Assembly: GCA_046758905.1 (NCBI GenBank)
Contig: JBHIBC010000001.1
Location: forward strand, 32,343-96,342
DNA length: 64,000 nt
From: Acidobacteriota bacterium
Lineage (GTDB): Bacteria > Acidobacteriota > Polarisedimenticolia > Gp22-AA2
Direction: 5' to 3'
Position numbers and translations under genes: made by a program. The notes under the pieces are model-generated. The model ran no database searches. It was given only the letters and a program-made list of their open reading frames with translations, and was not told the DNA's origin. Numbering within the stretch: position 1 is the first letter of the stretch; each line of letters starts with the position of its first letter. Shown here in pieces: positions 33,882 through 41,967 of the stretch.

Positions 33882-35005
33882 CGGTCCGCATCCCGGATCA
33901 CATCCGCCGGATCGGCCCGTACGTGGCCGGCAAGCCGATCGAGGTGGCCGAGCGGCAGGTCGGCCTCAAGGGGATGATCAAGCTGGCGAGCAACGAGAAT
34001 CCGCTCGGGCCGTCCCCGAGGGCCGTCGAGGCGATCCGCCGGGCGGCCACGGACGTCCACCGGTACCCGGACAGCAGCGGGGAGACACTGCGCCGGGCCC
34101 TGGCCGAGCGCCTGGGAGTCCCCTTGGGCCGGATCGTGCTGGGGAACGGATCGACCGAGATCGTCGAGCTGCTCGCGAAGGCCTTTCTGCTCGGCGGAGG
34201 GAGCGCCGTGGCGGCCACCGGCGCGTTCATCATGTACGGGATCGCGGTGCGCGCCATGGGGGCCCGCCTGACCCTGGTGCCGCTGAAGGGCGACCGGCAC
34301 GACCTCGAGGCCATGGCGGCGGCCTGCGACCCGAGCACGGCGCTGGTCTACGTCGGCAACCCCAACAACCCCACCGGCACGTACGTGACGCGCCAGCAGA
34401 TGCGGGCCTACTTCGACCGCGTGCCGGAGGGGGTCCTCACGGTGCTGGACGAGGCGTATCGCGACTACGTCCTGGAGGAGGACTACGCCGACGGCATGGA
34501 GTTCCTCCGCTCGGGGCGCAGCGTCGTCCTGCTGCGAACCTTCTCGAAGATCCACGGTCTGGCCGGCCTCCGGATCGGGTACGCGGTCACGGAGGAACGC
34601 GTGGCCGAGGCGCTTCAGGCGGTGCGCTCGCCGTTCAACACCTCGGTGGTCGCCCAGATGGCGGCCCTGGCGGCCCTCGATGACGGCGAGCACGTGGTCC
34701 GTTCGCGGGAGGCGAACGCGCGGGAGGTCCGTTTCCTCCAGGGCGAGCTGGCCCGCCGCGGGGTCGAGTTCGTCCCCAGCGCCGCCAACTTCCTTCTGGT
34801 GCGACCCGGCATCCCGGGGGAGGAGCTCCACCAGAGGCTCCTGCGGCACGGGGTGATCGTGCGGCCGCTGGAGGCGTACGGCCTGCCGGACGCGGTGCGG
34901 GTGACGGCCGGGACCCGTCCGGAGAACCTCCGCTTCCTCGAGGCGCTCGACCGGAGCCTCGGCGAGCCGGAGCCGGCCGGCGGCGGCCGCCCCGGGTCTT
35001 CGTAA
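33878..35005 (+). CDS. hisC: histidinol-phosphate aminotransferase
   Basis: Class II aminotransferase motifs are present (KLASNENPLGPSP, and the PLP-binding lysine in FSKIHGLAGLRIGY). The GTGA overlap with the upstream stop fixes the start. Confidence 0.85.
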   Translation: MTVRIPDHIRRIGPYVAGKPIEVAERQVGLKGMIKLASNENPLGPSPRAVEAIRRAATDVHRYPDSSGETLRRALAERLGVPLGRIVLGNGSTEIVELLAKAFLLGGGSAVAATGAFIMYGIAVRAMGARLTLVPLKGDRHDLEAMAAACDPSTALVYVGNPNNPTGTYVTRQQMRAYFDRVPEGVLTVLDEAYRDYVLEEDYADGMEFLRSGRSVVLLRTFSKIHGLAGLRIGYAVTEERVAEALQAVRSPFNTSVVAQMAALAALDDGEHVVRSREANAREVRFLQGELARRGVEFVPSAANFLLVRPGIPGEELHQRLLRHGVIVRPLEAYGLPDAVRVTAGTRPENLRFLEALDRSLGEPEPAGGGRPGSS

Positions 35006-35009
35006 TCCA

Positions 35010-35060
35010 ATGAAAATAAAGTTTTTCCACTTGACAGGCGGGGGGGCGGGCCCGTATAGT
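35010..35060 (+). promoter_or_regulatory. strong sigma70 promoter with AT-rich UP element: AATGAAAATAAAGTTTTT..TTGACA-N18-TATAGT, upstream of rpsA
   Basis: The consensus -35 and the AT-rich upstream block are unique in this GC-rich region. A ~220-nt leader precedes the rpsA ATG. Confidence 0.6.
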
Positions 35061-35278
35061 AAGCCCATCCTGCCAGTGATGCCTGCCTCCTCGATGGATG
35101 TCACGCGACGGAAGGCTGCGCATTGCACCGGGGGCGGGACGGACGCGGAGCCTGTCCAGGCCCGCACCTCAGGTCGAGGTCGATCGCGCGACCGCCTGCA
35201 GCGGCTCGCACGGCTGGACCACGGGCGCCGGAGCCCCGACGGCCCGAGACACCACGAGACAAGGAGGTCGCACGCCGC

Positions 35279-37135
35279 ATGGATGTACAGAAGATGAAGG
35301 ATGATCCCACCCCGGGACAGCTCGAGACCCGCCCGCAGAGGCTGTCCTCCTCTCCCAGGTCGAAAAGACGCGAACCGCTCCGGCCGCTGAAAGGCGTGGA
35401 CGCGGAGTTCAGCGAGCAGGAGTACCGGCAGCTGATGGAGATGTACGACCAGTCGCTCCGGACGCTGGCGGAGGGGGAGGTCGTGCGCGGGCGGGTCCTG
35501 CGCGTCAGCGGGAGCGACGTGGTGGTCGACGTGGGCTACAAGTCGGAGGGGATCATCGACATCGACGAGTTCCTCGGCCCGGACGGGAAGCCGCGCGTCG
35601 AGGTCGGGGACGAGGTGGACGTCCTCCTCGAGAAGACCGAGAACAAGGACGGGTACGTGGTCCTCTCGAAAGAGAAGGCCGAGAGGATGAAGATCTGGGA
35701 GGAGGTCGAGCGCGCCTACGCCGACGGCCGGCCGGTCACCGGGATCGTCAAGGAGCGCATCAAGGGCGGCTTGTCGGTGGACATCGGGGTCCGCGCCTTC
35801 CTGCCCGGATCGCTCGTCGACCTCAGGCCCGTGCGGAACCTCGACGCCATGAAGGGGAGAGAGTTCCAGATGCGGGTCATCAAGGTGAACCGGAAGCGGG
35901 GCAACATCGTGCTGTCCCGCAAGGCGGTGCTCGAGGAGGAGAACGCGCAGAAGAAGCGTGAGACCCTCGAGGCGCTTGCCGAGGGGAAGGTGATCCGGGG
36001 CACGGTCAAGAACATCACCGAGTACGGGGCGTTCATCGACCTCGGCGGGCTCGACGGCCTGCTGCACAAGACCGACATGTCCTGGGGCAGGGTGAACCAC
36101 CCCTCCGAGCTGTTCAACGTGGGGGACGAGGTCGAGGTCGTGGTCCTCAAGTTCGACCCCGAGAAGGAGCGCGTCTCGCTGGGATACAAGCAGCGCTCGG
36201 AGGATCCGTGGGAGAGCGTCGAGGACAAGTACCCGCGGGAGTCCCGCGTCCGGGGCAGGGTGGTCAGCCTGACCGACTACGGCGCCTTCATCGAGCTGGA
36301 GCCGGGCGTCGAGGGGCTGATCCACGTCTCGGAGATGTCGTGGACGAAGCGGGTCAAGCACCCCTCGAAGGTGCTGGCGGTGGCGGACACCGTCGAGGCG
36401 GTGGTGCTGGACGTCGACCGGGCCGCCCGGCGTCTGTCCCTAGGCCTCAGGCAGACCGAGCCGAACCCGTGGCAGGTGATCGGCGAGAGGTACCACGAGG
36501 GGGACCGCATCACCGGAACGGTCCGCAACCTGACCGACTTCGGCGCCTTCATCGAGGTCGAGGAGGGCATCGACGGCCTCGTGCACATCTCGGACATGTC
36601 CTGGACCAAGCGGCTCCGGCACCCCTCGGAGATGTTCAAGAAGGGCGACGAGGTGGAGGCCGTCATCCTGAAGATCGACTCGGAGAACCAGCGGCTCTCG
36701 CTGGGGGTCAAGCAGCTGCAGCCGAACATCTGGGAGGAGTTCTTCAAGACCCACGCGATCGGCGACCGGCTCACGGGCCGGGTGGTCCGGCTGACCGACT
36801 TCGGCGCCTTCATCGAGCTGCAGGAGGGGATCGAGGGCCTGATCCACGTGTCCGAGATCGCCGAGGAACGGGTCGAGAAGCCGTCCGACAGGCTGCGGGT
36901 CGGCGACGCCGTGACCGCCAAGATCATCAAGATGGACATCGCCGAGCAGAAGATCGGTCTGTCGATCAAGGGGGCCCTGCTGGACGAGAGCCGGGAGGAT
37001 ATGGAGAGCTACCTTCGGGACCAGGGCAGGGCGGGGATCAATCTGGGAGACGTCATGGAGCGCGCCGGGGGACGCAGGCGCGAGGAGAAGCGACGCCGCG
37101 ACAAGGACTCATACGGGCACGACGAGGAGGAGTAG
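35279..37135 (+). CDS. rpsA: 30S ribosomal protein S1 (six S1 domains, ~45-aa N-terminal extension)
   Basis: There are repeated S1 motifs (e.g. GTVKNITEYGAFIDLGG). An SD (AAGGAGG) lies ~10 nt before the ATG at 35279. Confidence 0.9.
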   Translation: MDVQKMKDDPTPGQLETRPQRLSSSPRSKRREPLRPLKGVDAEFSEQEYRQLMEMYDQSLRTLAEGEVVRGRVLRVSGSDVVVDVGYKSEGIIDIDEFLGPDGKPRVEVGDEVDVLLEKTENKDGYVVLSKEKAERMKIWEEVERAYADGRPVTGIVKERIKGGLSVDIGVRAFLPGSLVDLRPVRNLDAMKGREFQMRVIKVNRKRGNIVLSRKAVLEEENAQKKRETLEALAEGKVIRGTVKNITEYGAFIDLGGLDGLLHKTDMSWGRVNHPSELFNVGDEVEVVVLKFDPEKERVSLGYKQRSEDPWESVEDKYPRESRVRGRVVSLTDYGAFIELEPGVEGLIHVSEMSWTKRVKHPSKVLAVADTVEAVVLDVDRAARRLSLGLRQTEPNPWQVIGERYHEGDRITGTVRNLTDFGAFIEVEEGIDGLVHISDMSWTKRLRHPSEMFKKGDEVEAVILKIDSENQRLSLGVKQLQPNIWEEFFKTHAIGDRLTGRVVRLTDFGAFIELQEGIEGLIHVSEIAEERVEKPSDRLRVGDAVTAKIIKMDIAEQKIGLSIKGALLDESREDMESYLRDQGRAGINLGDVMERAGGRRREEKRRRDKDSYGHDEEE

Positions 37136-37192
37136 GCGAGCCCAAGGGATCCCGAGCCGCCGCAAGCCGGCGGCGCGGAGCGAGAGGCGTTC

Positions 37193-37525
37193 ATGACCAA
37201 GGCCGAGCTAGTGGAAGAGGTGGCCCGCGTTTCCGAACTGACGAAGAAGCACTCCGAGATCATCGTCAACACCGTCTTCGACTCGATCGTGTCCGCGCTT
37301 CGGAACGACGAGAAGATCGAGCTCCGGGGGTTCGGGAGCTTCCGTATCCGGCAGCGCCGCTCCCGCCAGGGACGCAATCCGAAGACCGGCGACAAGGTGG
37401 ACGTTCCGGCGAAACGCATCCCGTACTTCAAGCCGGGCAAGGAGCTCAAGGAGCTGATCAACTCCTCGGCGCCCGCGTCCGCGCGTGCCGGCTCGGCGGC
37501 CTCGACGTCCGGCTCGGAGCCCTGA
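37193..37525 (+). CDS. ihfB: integration host factor beta-like HU-family protein
   Basis: The HU fold motif is RGFGSFRIRQRRSRQGRNPKTG. It is in the conserved rpsA-ihfB arrangement. Confidence 0.8.
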   Translation: MTKAELVEEVARVSELTKKHSEIIVNTVFDSIVSALRNDEKIELRGFGSFRIRQRRSRQGRNPKTGDKVDVPAKRIPYFKPGKELKELINSSAPASARAGSAASTSGSEP

Positions 37526-37567
37526 TCCGGCCGACGTGCCCGAGGCCATTCCACCGACGGGCCCAGC

Positions 37568-38119
37568 ATGCAACGCCTGTTCAGCCCATGGCGCCTGCGC
37601 TACATCACCTCGGCGCGCCGCGACCGGGACGGCTGCGTCTTCTGCCGCGCCTTCCGGGGCCGCCGCGACCGGGAGAACCTGGTCCTCTACCGGGGGCGGC
37701 GCAACTTCGTCATTCTCAACAAGTACCCATATAATAACGGCCACCTGATGATCGTGCCGAACGGCCACCTGCCGCGCCTCGAGCAGGCCTCGGCCGATCA
37801 CCTGGAGGAGATGATGGGCCTGGTCATCCGCTGCGAGCGGGCGCTGCGGGCCGCCTACCGACCGACCGGGATCAACCTCGGAATGAATCTCGGTACCAGC
37901 GCCGGCGCCGGCATCCACGGGCACTATCACCTGCACCTGGTGCCGCGCTGGGACGGGGACACCAATTTCATGACGGTCGTCCACGGGACCCGCGTGATCC
38001 CCGAGTCGCTGTCCCGGACCTACAAGCGGCTCAGGCCCCTGCTCGCCGGCCGGCGTTCGTCCGGCCGGCCGCGGGGAGGACCATCCCGCCGCCGGCGGGG
38101 CGGGAAGGGGAGCGGGTGA
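37568..38119 (+). CDS. HIT family (histidine triad) protein
   Basis: The histidine triad is HGHYHLHLVPRW. An N-terminal Cys pair (CVFC) is present. Confidence 0.7.
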   Translation: MQRLFSPWRLRYITSARRDRDGCVFCRAFRGRRDRENLVLYRGRRNFVILNKYPYNNGHLMIVPNGHLPRLEQASADHLEEMMGLVIRCERALRAAYRPTGINLGMNLGTSAGAGIHGHYHLHLVPRWDGDTNFMTVVHGTRVIPESLSRTYKRLRPLLAGRRSSGRPRGGPSRRRRGGKGSG

Positions 38120-39465
38120 TGGCCGGCCCCCGGACCCGGCCCGCGCGCAGCTTCCACATCGAGACCTGGGGCTGCCAGATGAACGTGCACGACACGGAGA
38201 AGATGGCCGGCATCCTCGCCTCGCTCGGGTACGCACCGGCGGACGGACCGGGGCGGGCCGACCTGATCCTCCTCAACACCTGTAGCGTGAGGGAGAAGGC
38301 CGCGGCCAAGGTGTTCAACCGGCTGGGGCGGCTGCGGCGGCTGAAGCGGCGCAATCCAGACCTCATGATCGGAGTCTGCGGGTGCGTGGCCCAGGTGGAG
38401 GGGGAGGCGATCTTCCGGCGGGCGCCGTACGTCGACCTGATCATGGGCCCGCGCAACATCGCTCAGCTGGGATCCCTCCTGGAGCGGGCCCGTCGGGACG
38501 GGCGGTCCATCAGCCTCGCCCGGAGCGACGACCCGATCGTGTTCCCATCCGGCACCGCCGCGCGCTCCGACGGGCCGCGTGCCTACGTCACGGTGATGGA
38601 GGGGTGCAACAAGTCGTGCTCGTTCTGCATCGTCCCGTTCACCAGGGGCAGGGAAGTGTACCGGCCGGCCGGCGACATCCTGGCGGAAGTCCGTGAGCTC
38701 GCCGCCCGGGGGTTCCAGGAGATCGAGTTCCTGGGCCAGAACGTCAACGCCTACCACCACGGCGCGGAGGATCTGGCGTCGCTGCTCGAGATGGCCGACC
38801 GCGTGCCGCAGGTCCGGCGCATCCGGTTCACGACCTCCCACCCGGGCCACCTGAAGCGCCGGATCATGGATGCCATGCGCGACGTCCCTTCGGTCTGCAA
38901 CCACCTCCACCTTCCGGTCCAGTCGGGCTCGGACCGCGTCCTGAGGATGATGAACCGGGGATACACTCGGGCGCGCTACCTGGAGAAGATCGACGCCCTC
39001 AGGGCGCGGGTCCCGGACGTCACCTTCAGCACCGACGTGATCGTCGGTTTTCCGGGCGAGACGGAGGCGGAGTTCGAGCAGACGCTGTCGCTGCTGCGCG
39101 TGGTGGGTTTCGAGCAGGTGTTCGCGTTCGCCTACTCCCCCCGGCCCGGCACGCCGGCGGCGCGGATGACGGATCGGGCGCTGTCTGAGGAGGTCAAGGC
39201 CGATCGGCTGCGCAGGCTGCTCGCCCTTCAGGAGGAGATGTCTCTGGCCCGCAACGCCTCCCTGGTGGGCCGCACCTTCGAGGTGCTCATCGACGGCCGC
39301 AGCCGGATGGACCCGGCGACACTGAAGGGGCGCACGACCTGCAACCGGATCGTCAACGTCGCGGGCAGCGATCCGTCGCGGCGCGGCTTCCTCACCGTGA
39401 GGATCACCAGGGGACACGCCCACTCGCTCACCGGGGTGCCGCTGGAGGGCGCCCGCGCCGCTTGA
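38116..39465 (+). CDS. miaB: tRNA-2-methylthio-N6-dimethylallyladenosine synthase (radical SAM methylthiotransferase)
   Basis: The UPF0004 N-terminal domain (ETWGCQMNVHD), the radical SAM cysteine motif (CNKSCSFC) and a TRAM C-terminus are present. Confidence 0.9.
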   Translation: MMAGPRTRPARSFHIETWGCQMNVHDTEKMAGILASLGYAPADGPGRADLILLNTCSVREKAAAKVFNRLGRLRRLKRRNPDLMIGVCGCVAQVEGEAIFRRAPYVDLIMGPRNIAQLGSLLERARRDGRSISLARSDDPIVFPSGTAARSDGPRAYVTVMEGCNKSCSFCIVPFTRGREVYRPAGDILAEVRELAARGFQEIEFLGQNVNAYHHGAEDLASLLEMADRVPQVRRIRFTTSHPGHLKRRIMDAMRDVPSVCNHLHLPVQSGSDRVLRMMNRGYTRARYLEKIDALRARVPDVTFSTDVIVGFPGETEAEFEQTLSLLRVVGFEQVFAFAYSPRPGTPAARMTDRALSEEVKADRLRRLLALQEEMSLARNASLVGRTFEVLIDGRSRMDPATLKGRTTCNRIVNVAGSDPSRRGFLTVRITRGHAHSLTGVPLEGARAA

Positions 39466-39531
39466 CGGCCCGCCGCCGGCAGGCTATAAAGGGTCCTCCT
39501 GAGCGCGGACCCGGCAGGAAGGGGAGGCGTC

Positions 39532-40017
39532 GTGGAAGTGGAGATGAAGATCAAGGGGTTGATGATCGACCCGATCACCAACATGCCGATCATCATCCTG
39601 CGGGACCCAAGCAGCTCCGCGGTCCTGCCGATCTGGGTCGGCATCTTCGAGGCCAACGCGATCGCGCTGCAGATCGAGAAGATCGCCACGCCCCGCCCCA
39701 TGACCCACGACCTCCTCAAGAGCATGCTCACCGGGCTTCGGGCGACGGTCGAGAAGGTGGTGATCACGGACCTGAAGGAGAACACCTTCTACGCGCTCAT
39801 CTTCGTCAATCGGGAGGGGGAGACCATGCCGATCGATTCGCGACCGAGCGACGCGATCGCCCTCGCGCTGCGGACCGGCTCGCCCATCTTCGTCAACACC
39901 GACGTGATCGAGAAGGCGAAGAACACCGATCTCACCAAGGACGCGGGAGAGTCGGAGCGGATCCGCAAGTGGCTGGAGAGCCTTGACCCGGACGAGATGG
40001 GCAAGTACGAGATGTGA
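39532..40017 (+). CDS. bifunctional nuclease (BFN/DUF151) domain protein
   Basis: The BFN-family pattern is PIIILRDPSSSAVLPIWVG...DSRPSDAIALAL. Confidence 0.6.
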   Translation: MEVEMKIKGLMIDPITNMPIIILRDPSSSAVLPIWVGIFEANAIALQIEKIATPRPMTHDLLKSMLTGLRATVEKVVITDLKENTFYALIFVNREGETMPIDSRPSDAIALALRTGSPIFVNTDVIEKAKNTDLTKDAGESERIRKWLESLDPDEMGKYEM

Positions 40018-40088
40018 CCGCCGCTTGGCGCGTAAGTTACTGAAAATAAACGTGTTATAGCAACTCCCAGGCGGGAGCGCACGCGAAC

Positions 40089-40844
40089 GTGATCCTTGCC
40101 ATCGCGAACCAGAAGGGCGGCGTCGGCAAGACCACGACAGCCATCAACCTCTCCGCCGCCTTGGCGCAGAAGGGCTTCCGGACTCTCCTGATCGACCTCG
40201 ACCCCCAGGGCAACGCCAGCCTGTCGTTTCTCGACCCGGAGCAGATCCGGCTGTCCGCCTACGACGCCCTCATCGAGGACGGCAAGACGGTCAAGGACGC
40301 CATCCATAAGACCAGCCTGAAGGGTCTGGATGTCCTCCCGGCCCGCATCAGCCTGGCCAAGTTCGAGAGCAAGCTTCTCGGGGACATCGACAGCCACTTC
40401 AGGCTGAAGGATCGCCTCAAGCCGGCCGCATCCCCGTATCAGTACGTCGTCATCGACACCCCTCCGACGCTCGGCCTCCTCACGGTCAACGCGCTCGTCG
40501 CCGCGACCCACCTGCTGGTCCCGATACAGTCCTCGTACTTCGCCCTGGAGGGAACCGACGACCTACTGGAGACGGTCGAGAAGATCCGGGCACGCCCGAA
40601 CCCGAGGCTGGAGTTTCTAGGCGTCCTGATCACCATCCACGACAAGCGCACCCTCCTCGGCAGGGACATCAAGAACCATATCAAGGAGGTATTCGGGCCG
40701 AAGGTGTTCCGGACCGTCATCTCCCGCAGCGTCAGGCTCGAGGAGAGCCCCGCGTACAAGGAGCCGATCTTCTCCTTCGCCCCCCACTCAAGCGGGGCGC
40801 TGCAGTACTACAAGCTCTCGGAAGAGGTGATAGGTCGTGTCTAA
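40089..40844 (+). CDS. parA: chromosome partitioning ATPase ParA/Soj
   Basis: A deviant Walker A (KGGVGKTTTA) is present. Codon usage is atypical (AGG/AGA Arg codons). Confidence 0.85.
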   Translation: MILAIANQKGGVGKTTTAINLSAALAQKGFRTLLIDLDPQGNASLSFLDPEQIRLSAYDALIEDGKTVKDAIHKTSLKGLDVLPARISLAKFESKLLGDIDSHFRLKDRLKPAASPYQYVVIDTPPTLGLLTVNALVAATHLLVPIQSSYFALEGTDDLLETVEKIRARPNPRLEFLGVLITIHDKRTLLGRDIKNHIKEVFGPKVFRTVISRSVRLEESPAYKEPIFSFAPHSSGALQYYKLSEEVIGRV

Positions 40845-41661
40845 GCAGCGAGGCCTCCCGGCATACAGGAGGATGAGGCACGACCACCACTTCGTCGACC
40901 ACCTCTCCACCGGCACCGCGGACAACCTCGGCCGCATGATCCCACTGGACCTGTTGGTGCCCAACCCCGACCAGCCAAGGAGGTCATTCGGGGACATCGG
41001 GGATCTGGTCTCGTCCATTAAGGAGAAGGGCGTCCTCGAGCCGGTCCTCGTGCGTCCAAGCGGCGAGAAGTTCCAGATCATCGCCGGCGAGAGGCGATAC
41101 AGAGCATCTATCGAGGCGGGGCTGTCCCAGATTCCCTGCATTGAGATCGACGTCGACGACAGGGGAGTGCTGGAGATCAGCCTGATCGAGAACCTGCAGC
41201 GACGCGATCTCAGTCCCTTCGAGGAGGCCGACGGCCTCCTGAAGCTGTCGGAGAAGTTCCTCTACACTCACGAGGAGATCGCCGGGAAGCTGGGCAAGTC
41301 AAGGAGCTCCATCACCGAGACCCTGACGCTGAACCACATCCCGGTGGAGCTGCGAGACCTGTGCAGAGAGGCCGGGATCGCGGCGCGGTCGACCCTCCTG
41401 CAGATCGCCAGGCAATCGAATCCGGAGGCGATGGCCAGGATGATCGACGAGATCAGGCGCTCCGGGCTCACCCGGGACGAGGTGCGCAAGCTTCACGCGG
41501 ATGAGAAGAGGGGTCCCGGGAGGCCCAAGGGGTTCGTCTTCAACTTCAGGTCGCCCGACAAGGGGTTCTCCCTGAACCTGAAATTCCGGAGGTCGGAGGT
41601 GAGCAAGGAGGAGATCATCCGGACGCTCCGGGAGCTGATCGAGAACCTGTCTCACTCCTGA
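40837..41661 (+). CDS. parB: chromosome partitioning protein ParB
   Basis: The ParB box GERRYRA and an HTH are present. It overlaps the parA stop. Confidence 0.85.
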   Translation: MSKQRGLPAYRRMRHDHHFVDHLSTGTADNLGRMIPLDLLVPNPDQPRRSFGDIGDLVSSIKEKGVLEPVLVRPSGEKFQIIAGERRYRASIEAGLSQIPCIEIDVDDRGVLEISLIENLQRRDLSPFEEADGLLKLSEKFLYTHEEIAGKLGKSRSSITETLTLNHIPVELRDLCREAGIAARSTLLQIARQSNPEAMARMIDEIRRSGLTRDEVRKLHADEKRGPGRPKGFVFNFRSPDKGFSLNLKFRRSEVSKEEIIRTLRELIENLSHS

Positions 41662-41693
41662 TCCCCAGGCAAAATCGGCATTTCTCTGGTGTG

Positions 41694-41711
41694 ATGTCGG
41701 CGCGCCGACAT
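41694..41711. repeat. perfect 18-bp GC-rich palindrome ATGTCGGCGCGCCGACAT, 33 nt after the parB stop
   Basis: Read directly from the sequence. It is not the canonical parS consensus. Confidence 0.6.
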
Positions 41712-41883
41712 TGGGATGGTAGGGTCTGTGGACTTGGGAGCGGGAGGTGCTCGGCGCTCATGGGCGCGATGCCGAGCGGGACCTGGGGGTGGGGGGCCGG
41801 ACGATCCAGGCCGCTGGAGGCGGGAGGACCTATGGGATGGGGCGCTGCTGGGCGCTGCGGGATCGATCGTGCTAGGTTTACAT

Positions 41884-41897
41884 AAGATATCTTATCG
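41884..41897. repeat. perfect 14-bp AT-rich palindrome ATAAGATATCTTAT upstream of the lptFG promoter
   Basis: Read directly from the sequence. It lies in an AT-rich island unusual for this genome. Confidence 0.55.
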
Positions 41898-41930
41898 GAC
41901 CTTGGTAGCCCGGACCCCGATCGCTCGCGG

Positions 41931-41960
41931 TTGACGCGATCCGGTCGGGCCCCCTAACAT
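41931..41960 (+). promoter_or_regulatory. sigma70-like promoter TTGACG-N18-TAACAT, with the lptFG ATG about 8 nt after the -10 (leaderless-type)
   Basis: The hexamers and spacing were read from the sequence. Confidence 0.4.
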
Positions 41961-41967
41961 CGATGCG

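Noticed and set aside
41694-41711. 18-bp palindrome after parB as a parS site
   Set aside because: It does not match the conserved parS consensus (TGTTTCACGTGAAACA-like). It is reported as a repeat or regulatory candidate only.
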